Source of the DNA: Eledone cirrhosa
Lineage: Eukaryota
Reading direction: 5' to 3'
Assembly: GCA_964016885.1 (NCBI GenBank)
Contig: OZ024741.1
Span: 223,510,001 to 223,574,000, forward strand
DNA: 64,000 bases
This document shows positions 1 to 13,299 of this stretch, piece after piece. The translations under genes and the position numbers were made by a program. The first letter of the stretch is position 1. Each line of letters starts with the position of its first letter. Below the pieces are notes generated by a model. The model made no database searches, was not told where the DNA came from, and was given only the letters and a program-made list of their open reading frames with translations.

Positions 1-2082
1 CTTTCTTACTATAAATACATTGTAGTTTATATCTTGTGTTGCTTTGCTTACATAATGTTACACAACATTGTACTGAACTTACAACAAACACCAACAAGCA
101 GTTTATAGCCATTTTCCCTGCCAAAGCATGGATTAGTCTTGCAGCTCCTATAACAAGCTCCTCCATTTTTCCTCCTCACCAACTTCCTGGCTTTGATTTC
201 CTCCTCTTTTTGTCCTCAGCCATGTCTTCCTTGGTCTTCCCCTTCCTCTACATTTTCCACATTCATTTCCATCACTCCTTTCACCAAAGGGCTTTGTGGG
301 GGACTCAAACTGTAATATGAATAAGCATTGTTGAGTGTTTAAGAAATTAGCTTCACAATCACGAAATCCAAAGTTTGATCCCATTGCATGGCATCTTGGG
401 CAAATGTCTTTACCTTCAGATCAATCCAAGCCTTGTGAATGAAACTAGGTTGGATATCAGTTGTAGTCTAACATCATATCCAGGGAGAAAGTTAGTTTTG
501 ATCATCTAGTTATCATAACAGAATCCTAACTTAGGTACCACTTAGCTTGTATGGATCCTGTATGAAAGGTTAACTGAAATTTCATTAATATTATAGTTTT
601 TTTTTTTTACTGCAGGGCTGTGTGTAAAGATTCAAAGATGAAGCTGTGAAGTTGTTGTCATCACCATTGCTGCTGCCCATCTTCATTGGGGTAACAGAAG
701 TCAGCCCTGTTTTTTGTAAACCTACAGCTTAGGAAGATTTAGCTGATAGAATGCAGTATTCAAACAGCTCCCTCTGCTGTGGTCAGGCCAACCTATGTCT
801 ATTGAGAAACATGACACATCCCATTCTTTGATTTAAAACTTAAAAAGCATTCAGTTGTTATTCTAAAGACATTGGAGATATTTTTTAGGAAAAACTGTTG
901 ATGTGACATCATGAAGGTTAAACAATTATATATAAGGTTCCTTGCAGGAACATTTGATACCTATCGTTGTTTCTAACTACCACATTTCCTGGAATCAGTG
1001 ATGTTATTTCTCTCCTAAAATAAGTCTCAAATATTTACTGTACATTCAACTAGCATGGGTTGGACAAATTCTATCCAACACAGTATTCCTCCACACATTG
1101 CAGTCCTTCATCATCTCCTCTGTCAGCTTCAGCAATTTGAGATCAGTTCTCACAACCTTCTTTGGTCTCCCTCCACTGAAACTTCCTTCCACTGGGATTT
1201 CTATAAAAACAAATATTAAAAGATTATTTTTTTAGATATATGTAATCACACAAATTAATTCCCCCGTGTATATGACCTCTGAATGAAATGTATAAATTTT
1301 ATTTTGTTAAGATAGTAAATAAACAAAAATGTATCATTAAAAGATGTTTTTTTAATATTTGTAGTTACAGAAATTAATTCCCATATTAACAGTTGCCAAA
1401 CCTAGTGACTATTAGGAATGTTATGTTATACAGTGAAATACCATTATAACAAAATTTACAGGGTATAAAAAAATTCTTTGTAACAAGATCGACCTAACAC
1501 ATCAAACGTGTGGCCAAGGATTGAAGAAAATTTCGTTTTACTGAAAAATTCGTTATAATGGTATTTGTTATATGGGAATTTACCTATATGGGAATTTTAC
1601 CTGATGACTGTTTCCATTTATATTAACGGGCATGTTTTATATAAATTTTAATATCATTTTAAAGTGGTATTAACATATGACAAACAAATTAAGTTTACGG
1701 TATGTTTAAAAATATTATTCAGTGAAAGTAAAATAAATAAAAAATACAGACATCTTGGTAAAGTAAGGAAAAGTTTTGAAATCTTGTTTGTATGTTTATC
1801 TTTTTTTTTTTCATTCAAAATTTCCAAATCAAAATTAGAGCGCATCTTTGAGGCAGGAAATATGATAGTTTTCAATATATATATATTTCCTTCTGACCTT
1901 TTCTCTACCTTCTCAATGATCTGAAACAATATGATGCTTTCTGAAATCTGACTTAAACATTTTTTTTTAAATGTATCTCATCCCTCTCGAGTGCAAAGTT
2001 AAACATTGTAATAGCAAAGTGGATGTTTTGGATGATGTAGTTTGTGGATATGTCAAATTTAAAACATTTATTGATTACATTT

Positions 2083-3249
2083 GCTTAGTGTGTAGGAAAG
2101 AAGTAGGCAGAAACTCCATTTTATGTCCCAAATGCAAAGTATGGGTGCATAAAAGATGTAGTGGGATCACAAGTAAGCTAACTAAGAATGTAGATTTTAT
2201 ATGTGGCCGGTGCTCTGGTGCAATACATAGCAGCAAGTGCCCACAGAATACTAGCTCATTCCATTGCCCAGATGGTTCTATAGAAATAGTGGACACCTTC
2301 CGTTACCTGGGTGACAAAATCAGCAGTGGTGGAGGGTGCTCTGAAAGTACAGTAGCTAGAGTCAGAACTGGATGGAAAAAGTTCAGAGAGCTTATACCAC
2401 TATTGGCCGCTAAAGGTTTCTCTCTAAAAATAAAAGGCAGGCTGTATGATGCCTGCATACAAACAGCGATGTTACATGGCAGTGAGACATGGGCCTTGTA
2501 TGCAGAGGATATACGCAGACTGGAGAGGAACGAAGCTTGCATACTCCGTTGGATGTGTAATAGTAATATACGTGAATGGCAAAGCATAAATGAACTAAAT
2601 GAGAAATTAGGAATAAAAGGGATCAGATGCTGTTTACTCGAGAGAAGACTACATTAGTATGGTCATGTGATGCGCATGAAAGACGACAGCTGTATAAAAA
2701 AGTGCAGGGCGATCAAAATAGACGGTAGCTACGGAGTAGGCAGACCAAGAAAAACCTGGGACGACTTGATAAAATCCAACCTCACACACTTACACTTCTC
2801 CAAGACAATGTCACTGGACCAAGATCTTTGGCGCTACATAGTAATACAGAAGACCCGCCTTGCCTAAGTACAAAGCGAAACCTACAGTCAGTAGGCACCT
2901 CTTAACCAAAATACACCTCCGACCCAACCCTACTCCCACCGCCATCTACACCACCCCTTTCGAGGTAAAGTTATGTTGGTACCACAACATCCAGTCCTAA
3001 ATAAATGAGGTCGTGTAGGTGTCACAACAAAAAAACACACAGTCCACGCTGTAATGTGGCCGTGTAGGTAACACGGTAAAAACCTCCCAGTCCACACTGT
3101 AAACACGGTTGGTGTTAGGAAGGGCATCCAGCCATAGAAAACCCGCCAGACAGTCCTGAGCAAGACAACCAATCTTGCTTCAAGTGGGACAATTCCCATC
3201 CAGACCTATGCTAGTGTGGAAAATGGACGTTAAACGGTGATGATGATGA
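2083..3249 (+). mobile_element. RTE-clade LINE, family A, 5'-truncated
   Basis: ORFs 1971..2657 and 2667..2867 give a Cys/His finger, FRYLG, MLHGSETW and GRPRKTW, followed by a 3' UTR ending in (ATG)n. Homologous to the copies at 7980-10962 and 26600-29211. Confidence 0.9.
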
Positions 3250-4687
3250 TTTCTTTTTGCATCAAAGACTTACATTTTAGTGTAGTTACAGATAATAAGC
3301 TCATATTTTTACATTCTAATATATATTTTTGTTAGGTTTATTATATTTACAGTTTCCTGTATGTTTTCTTAATATAAATATACTAAACTATATAAAGAAT
3401 ATCTGACTAAATCAACTGTTTTTTTTTCGTCTTATGTGGATGGCATCTCTGAGAGATATATTCTGTAAACAATTTCTTTACTTTTACGCCAACCAGTTGT
3501 AAATTCTTGTTCAGTTTCTTAGTGGTTCTTTCATCACTACTTTGTTAAGTATGGGTAAGTATATACTTTGCTGCTGCTGCTGCTGCTGCTTCTTCTTCTT
3601 CTTCTTCTTTTTCTTCTTCTTCTTCTCCTTCTCCTCCTCCTCCTCCTCTTCCTCCTTCTTCTTCTTCTTCTTCTTTCCATCCAGGTGAAGCAACTTTTTC
3701 TAATGGCTAAATACTCATAGATTAACTGAAGCAGTTGTGCCAACCCATTATCAAATCAATAGTCGATCGTCTGCAAAGTAATTGGTGTTCACAACGCCGA
3801 GGTCATCTAATTAAACTGATGATCATCACATAAGCTACTGCTTACTATGAGACAAGCAGGCTTTTTATTCTGCTAGACTATCTCATGATAGCCATATCAG
3901 AGGCACCTCATGTATGATGTGGCTATTCACCATGCAGATTGGTCTTCAAACTGAGACAGACTAGGTGCTCAGCTTGAATGAGCATATATTGTGCATCGTC
4001 AGTTCATTGAGTGGCATGTTGAACAGACACTGGGACACACAGGGACACCACAAAAGACCATCCAGTGCCAACCAGTGAAAGCTCTAAACACTCTTAAATT
4101 AACATATTTATATTTACACATCCACACAATATTTACATATGTACACACTAATGGATGGCTGTTAACTCACATGAGTTCCTCTGTCCTTAATCAGGTTTTG
4201 TTTTTCATCCCGTAGTGTGTCCAAAACAACCCTCTTCGCCAAGCAAGCTTGGTGGGGTTGCTGGTTTTGTCGCAGATGACCTGACCATGTGACAGGTTGT
4301 ACTGGGTTATATGTTATCTGCAGCACTGATAATGCGGTCATAATAAGAACAAAACATGTCTGAAGTTGTCTCCTGTACTTATCTATATGACTAAAACAAC
4401 AGTCTTTCGCAAATATGTTTTTTTTCTTCACTACCAGTTTTGTTTGTGGGTTAGCAAGGGTGCTTTTTATACATCTAGACAGAATTTGAACTCAGAATGC
4501 AAAATGAAAAAACAACAGAACATGTACTCCAAGGCATTTTGTCCAACACTGCTATTATATTTGTCTACCTCAAACAGATGACAGATGTAGTTGACCCAGG
4601 TGGAATTTGAACTCAAATCACTGAGACAGAACAAATATCACAAGGCATTCCATCTGGTGCTCTAGCAGCTCTGCCAATTCGAATTAT

Positions 4688-4718
<31 letters not shown>

Positions 4719-5229
4719 GGGCTCATGCACAGAAACATACACATACATGTATAACTATTATCTAACCCATGCAATCATGGAAAATAGAAGTAAAATGGTG
4801 GTGGTGATGATGATGATGATGATGATGATGAAGAACATATGTAATTGTATTTCTGAACATACAACTAAGATGTCCTTCATAAAAAAAAAATCATGTCCAG
4901 TCTAGCCAAAGAAATGTACCTTCAATGATCAATATGTGTGTGTGCACAAATATAATCTATCCACACAGTACACAGTACACAGTGAATTCAACAGACAGCA
5001 TGGCAACTGAGCCATTGTGTTATTCAGTACAAACCAAGACTAAGCCCTACAAATAATTTAGCATAGAGAATCTATGACTGTTTGAAAACTCTATAATGAT
5101 TTCTGATATATAAATATTGATTTCTAGTTATTATACATTTATTATGATTGTGGTATTAAGTTTAATTCACTAGACATTTATTTATCTTTTCATTTACTTG
5201 TTAGTGGGGCTGTGTATTTTTACATTTAT

Positions 5230-5735
5230 GTATATGTGTGTATATAAAGGTATATGAGTATATCTATGTATGATAATGTGTTTATATAAAAGTATATGTG
5301 CATATTTATGTATCATTGATGTATATATATGAAAGTATATAAGCATATCTATGTATGATGATGTATATATATATAGAAGTATATGTGCATGTATATGTAT
5401 AATAATGTGTATATATAGAAGTATATGAACATGTATATGTATGATGATGTATATATATAGAAGTATATGAACATGTATATGTATAATAATGTGTATATAT
5501 AGAAGTATATGAACATGTATATGTATGATGATGTGTATATATGAAAGTATATGAGCATATCTATGTATGATGATGTATATATATATATAGAAGTATATGT
5601 GCATGTATATGTATAATAATGTGTATATATAGAAGTATATGAACATGTATATGTATGATGATGTGTATATATGAAAGTATATGTGCATCTATAAATATGA
5701 TGATGTGTTTATATGGAAGTATATGTGCATGTATA
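5230..5735. repeat. AT-rich ~42-bp minisatellite
   Basis: Recurring GAAGTATATG..CATGTATATGTAT.AT.ATGT.TATATATA units. Confidence 0.85.
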
Positions 5736-6128
5736 TATATATATATATGAATATGTTTGTATAAGTAATTGTTTGTATGTAACTGCATAAATATGTATGT
5801 GAATTATTCGATGTATGTAAGTGAATACAGGTATTTTTACATCTCTCTCTCTCTATATATATATATGTGTGTGTGTGTGTACATATATATATGTGTGTGT
5901 GTGTGTACATATATATATGTGTGTGTGTGTGTACATATATATAATCAACTTTAATATAGAAATGGCTTCTAGAACTGTTTCATTGAAAAGAAATAAAGAA
6001 ATGATTTCCTCTGAATGAAACAGTTCTAGTCCTGTACAAGCCATTTTTATATTAAACTTAATGTTTATACACTACTAATGTATTGAGTAATTTACTAACT
6101 GCGGTTACCCTCGCTTGAACATGGGACT

Positions 6129-6159
<31 letters not shown>

Positions 6160-6280
6160 GAGATAACAAGTTATCGTTATAGGTGATCCACTTAGAGGTA
6201 GTCCAGTTAGAGTACTCCGTGTTGTGGATGGTATTAAGGTATGGCTTAGTTTGACTCAACAAGACGATATATATATATAT

Positions 6281-7500
6281 TATCATCATCATCCTTTTAC
6301 GTCCGCTCTTCCCTGCTTGCAAGGGTGGGACGGGTCTTATTCAGCACAGCATCTCCCCACTTGTCACGGTCCTTCGTCATCTCAACTGTGAACTTCAGCG
6401 ATCTGAGGTCTATTCTCACCACCTCCGCCCATGTTTTTCGTGGTCTACCTCTACCACGTCTTCCTTCAACTGGCATTTCCTGGCACTTCTTCACCCATCG
6501 GTCATCCTCCATGCGCATCACATGTCCATACCACCTCAGTCTCCCCTCTCGCACACTACATTCTATCCCTCTCAGACACAGTTTCTCTCTCAACACATTC
6601 ATGCTGGGTCGTTCCCACACATTGACAGTGCACATCCAACAGAGCATGCTTGCCTCATTTCTCTCCAGCCATCGCATATCCTCTGCAGTTGCTGCCCATG
6701 TCTCACTACCATGCAGCATCGCGCTCCTCAAACAGGCATCATATAACCGGCCTTTCGTACGCAGGGAGAAACCCTTCTTCGTCAGCAGACGAAGCAGCTC
6801 CCTAAACTTCTTCCAACCCGTCCTTAATCTAGATACTATGGCCTCGGAACACCCCCCTCCCATGCTAATTTGATCTCCTAGGTACCGGAAGCTATCCACC
6901 ACTTCTATAGCACCCGCCTGCAATGCGACTTCTACTGTCTAATTTCCCTGTACATCTACTGCATACATATTTCTCCCTACCTGTTAGTTTGCCTGCTATC
7001 CCGCTACATCTCTTGTGTACCCAGGATCTGCATTGTGTGCATTTTATAAAATTTATGCCAGTTCCTTTTCTGCATATCGAACATGGCCATTTCCCTGACG
7101 GAATCAGAGTTTGGTTCTCTTTTCTACTCATCAACACTTTTGTCTTAGCTAGGTTCACTCTCAGTCCTCTTGCTTCCAACTGCTGTTTCCATAGCCAGAA
7201 TTTATTCTCTAGCTCCTCTACTGAATTTATTCTCTAGCATCCCCTTTACCTTTGTAGCAATTTATGAGAATACTGCTGCACCAGTCTTTGGGTATGACAC
7301 CACCATATTTGGCTTGATTGACGATGGGTGCAACCAGTTCAGTGCCTAAATCCCCTGATGCCTTCAGCATCTCAGCAACTATTCCCGATGGTCAAGCTGC
7401 CTTACCATTTTTCATTTCCTTAATCGCCTCTTGGACCCTATATTCGTCAATCTCAATAGCTGGTCCCTCTGTTGGATCTACCGAGGGTAATTTATCTCCC
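6281..7500 (-). mobile_element. RTE-clade LINE, family B, 3' portion with internal deletion
   Basis: ORFs 6297..6923 and 6892..7179 (FRYLG, LHGSETW, GRGRPRKTW) plus an (ATG)n tail. The RT core is missing at a junction near 7237. Confidence 0.9.
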
Positions 7501-7688
7501 CCCCCCCCTCTCCACATCTATGAACCTGCTCTCTGTGGCAATAAATAATTCCAAACTTGACTATATCAACACAATGCCTAAGGTTATCACTTTAAGAGTA
7601 AACAGTATAATAAAACCCCTACCACAACATTTTGATTAAGCTATCTGTATTCTTCAAACCAATCTCTCCCATTTCTCCAACCCCTACA

Positions 7689-7724
<36 letters not shown>

Positions 7725-7811
7725 TCCCCTTCTTTCTCTCTTCCTTTTCTACTCTATCTTCCCCAATAACTTCCTTTAAGAAATACAAGGGTATTTACAT
7801 TTTAACCATTC

Positions 7812-7928
7812 TGCTCTGAGGAAACGGTAGAAGCAGCATTTGAAAATTGAGTTTCTGCAAACAAATAATTACCAATTTGCACATAGCATGACTAGGCTGT
7901 ATAACTACTGTTGAAACATTTGTAAGCA
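7812..7928 (+). ncRNA. Type I hammerhead ribozyme motif with a large stem II insert
   Basis: TGCT-CTGAGGA-AACGGTAG...CTACTGTT-GAA-ACA-TT-TGT-A^-AGCA: all three stems pair, the core is canonical and the site is GUA. Confidence 0.7.
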
Positions 7929-7979
7929 CTCGGAATAAATTGCCTTTTTATGATGTCTACCTGTTATTATATATATATA

Positions 7980-10962
7980 TCATCATCATCATCATCATCA
8001 TCATCGTTTAACGTCCATCTTCCACATTTGCATGGGTTTGGACGGGAATTTTCCCACTTGAGGCAAGATTGGTTGTCTTGCTCGTATAGGACTGTCTGGC
8101 GGGTTTTCTACGGCTGGATGCCCTTCCTGACACCAACCATGTTTACAGTGTGGACTGGGAGGTTTTTACCGTGTTACCTACACGGCCACATTACAGCGTG
8201 GACTGTGTGTTTTTTTGTCGTGACACCTACACGACCTCATTTATTTCAGACTGGATGTTGTGGTACCAACATAACTTTACATCGAAAGGGGTGTGTGGAT
8301 GCGGTGGGGTAGTGGGACGGGGGTGTATTTTTTGTTAAGAGGTGCCTACTGACTGTAGGTTTCGCTTTGTACTTAGGCAAGGCGGGTCTGCTGTATTACT
8401 GTGTAGCACCAAAGATCTCGCTCCAGTGACATTGTCTTGGAGAGGTGTAAGTGTGTGAGGTCGGAATTTATCAAGTCGTCCCAGGTTTTTCTGGGTCTGC
8501 CTACTCCGTGGCTACCGTCTATTTTTATCGCCCTGCACTTTTTTATACAGCTGTTGTCTTTCATGCGCATCACGTGACCATACCAACGTAGTCTTCTCTC
8601 GAATAAACAACATCTGATCCCTCTTATTCCTAATTTCTCACTTAGTTCGTTTATGCTTTGCCGTTCACGTATATTACTATTACACATCCAGCGGAGCATG
8701 CAAGCTTCGTTCCTCTCCAGTCTGCGTATATCCTCTGCACACAATGCCCAGGTCTCACTGCCATGCAACATTGCTGTTCGTATGCAGGCATCATGCCTTT
8801 CATTTTTAGAGAGAACCCTTTAGCGGCCAATAGTGGTATAAGCTCTCTGAACTTTTTCCATCCCGTTCTGACTCTAGCTACTGTACTTTCAGAGCACCCT
8901 CCACCACTGCTGATTTTGTCACCCAGGTAACAGAAGGTGTCCACTATTTCTATAGAACCATCTATATAATGGAATGAGCTAGTATTCTGTGGGCACTTGC
9001 TGCTACATATTGCACCAGAGCACCTGCCACATATAAAATCTATATTCTTAGTTAGCTTACCTGTGATCCCACTACATCTTTTATGCACCCATACTTTGCA
9101 TTTGGGACATAAGATGGAGTTTCTGCCTATTCCTTTCCTGAGCATGGCCATTTCCCAGATGGGACCGGTGCCCTATTTTCCTTCCTACAAACTAGAACTT
9201 TAGTCTTAGACAGGTTAATTTTAAGGCCTTTTGATTCTAGGCCATGCTTCTATGTTTGGAATTTCTTCTCTAGTTCAGCCATTGATTCAGCTATGAGTGT
9301 TAGATCATCTGCATATAGGAGTTCCCATGGGCAGCCGGTCTTCTCTGTTATAGCCTGAAGGGCAATAATAAATAGTAGGGGGCTAAGTACGGAGCCCTGA
9401 TGTACACCAACTTTTACGCTAAACTCTTCACTATATTCGTTGTTAATTCTAACCTTGCTGACTGTTTCTTTATACATGGCTTGTATAGCTCTCACAAGCC
9501 ATTCGTCAACACCTAGTTTTCTAAGAGCCCACCAGATAATGGAACGGGGGACTCTGTCGAAGGCTTTCTCCAAGTCGACAAAAGCTAAGTATAGGGGTTT
9601 ACTTTTAGCTAGGTACTGCTCCTGTAGTTGTCGTACAATGAAAAGAGCATCTGTGGTACTTTTGCCTGACACAAACCCGAACTGTATTTCATCTAGATCA
9701 ATTCTCTCTCTGATTAGTTGCGCTATTACTTTTTCCGTGACCTTCATGACCTGGTCGATTAATTTAATGCCTCTATAGTTACTCCTATCTAGGGCATCTC
9801 TTTTACCCTTATAACAGTTAACGATGATGCTGCTACGCCAGTCCTTTGGAACAACCCCATTCTGTACGACTTGGTTAACTATCCGGGTGACCATGGTGTG
9901 TCCCACCGTACCAGATGCCTTCAGCATCTCAGCAACTATTTCCGAAGGCCCAGCCGCCTTACCCGTTTTCATATCCTTGATTGCCTTACTTATTATACTA
10001 CCCTCGACTAACACTGCTGGTCCCTCTATTGGGTCGATGTGGGGGAGACTGTCTTTCTCCCATTTATTCTCCTCATTTAGTAGCCTTTCATAGTGACACT
10101 TCCAAGCTACCTTCTTATCAGCGTCGGTGATGGCAAGTACGCCGTCATCATTAAGTACACACTTCTCCCCGACAATATCACGGCTTTCCTTGACACATTG
10201 CCTAGCAATCCTGAACACCTCACGTTTTTGGTCCTCGCGTTGTAGAACATGCTTGAACTTTCTTTCCTCTGCTTCCCTTCTTGCGAAGTACACTTGTCTC
10301 CTAGCTTCCCTCCTGGCCACTTGATAGTCTTCTCTACTTCCCCCATCCCGCCATACCTTCCAAACCTGCTTTTTGGCCTTAATTGACTCCTCCACCTTAC
10401 TGTTCCACCACCACGTTACTCTCCTCCTGCCTGCTCCAGCCACAGACTTCATCTGCCGCCTTCAGCAGGTTAGCTTTCAGGAATTCCCACTGTTCCTCTA
10501 TATTGTACGACTCTAATTGCTCTTCCTTACTGTTGAAAGCATCAAGTAATATGCTTTTAAATTTATTACTGGCTGTGGGGTCCTTTAGCTTCCATATTTT
10601 TCTCCTGAGGATAATCCTCCTCTGTTGTTGAGTACGTCTTGTCCTGACTATGAGGTCGCTGACTATGAGGCTATGTTGGGAGGTGCATTCTTCATGGGGG
10701 AGGGATTTAGTGTTTACACTCTATCACGTCTTCTGGTAAGGATATAATCTATCTGACTGGCGTGTTCCCCTGATCTATAGGTGATCAAGTGATTGTCTCG
10801 TTTTTTGAAGTTAGTGTTACAGATAGTTAGGTTATTTGCGTCACAGAATTCCAGGATTCTGGAGCCTTCTTCATTTCTAGTACCAAACCCATAGCCTCCA
10901 TGGATTCCGTCATAGCCGTCACAATGTTGTCCAACGTGACCATTTAGGTCACCAGCAATAAT
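7980..10962 (-). mobile_element. RTE-clade LINE, family A, 5'-truncated within the endonuclease
   Basis: APE endonuclease fragment (GDLNGHVG...IDYIL, 10714..11001), RT (AFVDLEKAFDRV, QGSVLSP, YADD; 9250..10452), C-terminal ORFs and an (ATG)n tail. Confidence 0.95.
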
Positions 10963-11007
<45 letters not shown>

Positions 11008-11028
11008 ATATATACATAATTATGTATA

Positions 11029-11059
<31 letters not shown>

Positions 11060-11280
11060 GTATATATATAAGGATTAGAATACTGGAGCGTGTTTGAGTC
11101 AAACACCCTCTTCGTATTATAGAAATGACAGTAAAAGGTATAGCTCATTATTATAATTTTATTATTTTTATCTTCATTTTTATTATCGTATATCTTTGTA
11201 AGACATTAGTGTATGTACACTCCATATTCTTTAGAGTTTCTGGCTTGTATCTGCCGAAATTACCTCTTGTTGTTTTGATT

Positions 11281-11318
11281 GCCCTGATGAGTCCTTAATA
11301 GGACGAAACATTGTCGGC
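11281..11318 (+). ncRNA. Minimal type I hammerhead ribozyme motif
   Basis: GCC-CTGATGA-GTCC-TTAATA-GGAC-GAA-AC-ATT-GT-C^-GGC: canonical core and GUC site, with the short stem III typical of PLE-associated hammerheads. Confidence 0.85.
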
Positions 11319-11553
11319 TAATAAAAACTTTTGATGTATTAAAGGATTCTTTGTTTTACTCTCTTAATATGTATATATATATACATATATATATTTTTTT
11401 AAATAAAAACTTAGACCACTGAGCGTGTGCGCATAAACGCACCTGCACTGTATCATATTTATGACAGTATTGTATAAGCTCAATGTACAACAACAGAGCC
11501 GTTATATGTAAAAGAAATCAAAGAACGCCTACATACTCTTACAATTGTTATTT

Positions 11554-11598
11554 GCTAACAATGTTTCATCCATACCATTGGGCAGGAATCATCAGAGC
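11554..11598 (-). ncRNA. Minimal type I hammerhead ribozyme motif
   Basis: Minus strand reads GCT-CTGATGA-T-TCCTGCC-CAAT-GGTATGGA-T-GAA-AC-ATT-GT-T^-AGC. Confidence 0.7.
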
Positions 11599-12738
11599 TT
11601 TAAAAATAAAATTACAATGCTGAGTATAGGCTCTACCGTGCTTCGTCACATGAACATTAGAAATACAATAGAGGGCAACAAGAGGGAGATCGGAAATGGC
11701 GAGTATTGAGAGAGTGCATAGTGAGGTTGTTATTCAGCACTACAGCTAAATGCAATGGTACAGGCAAATTTTTTCACAAGATGCAGAAGCACGTGAGGGC
11801 ACACAAAAGCAAAAAATATAAATAGTTAAAATATATAATAATAAAGTAAAAAGAAAATAATAATATAAAGAGATTAAAAAATGTTTAAAAAAGAAAAAAG
11901 TTTTTAAAGCACACAAAAAACAGAAGAAGATATGCGTTGGTCACTATATATAACAGGTGATTTAGTTCTCCATAACTTAGAGTTATAGAAATACTAAAAG
12001 GCTCCAAAGGTACCTTTAGAAATCCCAATTTGGATTTTATTCCCCCCCATAATATACAAAATCAAGGTATACTAGTAGGTTACGGAATTATGTTGACCAT
12101 GGGTGCTATACATGTACCACATAAATAAATACAGGCCAAACACAAGCAAAGCAGGGTTATTGCATGATCAGGCTAAAGCAAATGACATAACAAAAATGGT
12201 TAAGTTCCTGAAAAAACACACATGTGGCGAGGAGTCACAACATATTCATATCTACCGAAGAGGTTATAAAGATAGTGGATTATCAGTAGATAGTAATACG
12301 GTCCAGAGTTTACAAAATATGTAGATGGTCCTTAAAGTTCAAACCAGTCGGATTTAAATGATCACCACAACAAAACATCACATATAGTAACATGCAATAC
12401 AAGTTGAATACACGCATCAAAAAAATCCCCACATGTTCAAAATCCCAGAGCGTGAGGCACAATGTGTCCGAGTCACGGCTCCAGATTCTGTACAACCAAA
12501 TTCACCACACCTAATCCAGCCGCAATACATCAAAATAATGCCAGGTTAAGCGTAGCAGTAATTCACTGTTGGCCAATACAGCACGTGAACTAACAATCTA
12601 TACAAAATAGAAAATAACACAAAGTGCTCAAATCAGTAAATCCACCAAGTACCCCAATATGTCTATTAGTTGGGGTCATACACAAACAGGCATATAAAAA
12701 TTATCTAAGACAGCTTACATACCACGTATATATACATG

Positions 12739-12767
<29 letters not shown>

Positions 12768-12769
<2 letters not shown>

Positions 12770-13055
12770 CACTGGCACCATCCACCGCCATCACCACCAT
12801 CACTGACACCTCTACTACCACCACCACCACCATCACTGGCACCATCCACCACCACCATCGCCACCATCACTGTCACCATCCACCGCCACCACCATCACTA
12901 ACACATCCACCACCTTCACCTCCACCACTACCACCACCATCAGTGACACCATCCACCACCATCACCATCACTGACATCATCCACCACCACCACCACCGTC
13001 ACTGACACCATCCACCACCATCACTGACACCATCCACCACCACCACCATCACCAG
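12768..13055. repeat. Degenerate (CAC/CAT)n low-complexity repeat
   Basis: Repeated CATCACTGACACCATCCACCACC-like units. Confidence 0.85.
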
Positions 13056-13299
13056 CGTAGAGCAAACAATTATAATTATTATATAAAAACTGAACTGGAC
13101 TGGGAAAAGTCAACAGTTGACATGATTTTGATTTTGTATCAGTACTGACGGTTATATATATATATGTATGTATGTGTGTATGTGAGTGAAGTGTGTGTTT
13201 GTATGCATGAGTGTTGTGTGTAAGTGGCGTGTGTGTTTGTAGTTTATATGCATGTGTTGGTGTGTGAGTGAGTTTTTTTTTTACCATGCTGTAAAATGG

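Noticed and set aside
3570-3675. Poly-K/E/Q and poly-R ORFs (3511..3693, 3537..3743)
   Set aside because: Translations of a (CTG)n/(CTT)n/(CTC)n microsatellite.
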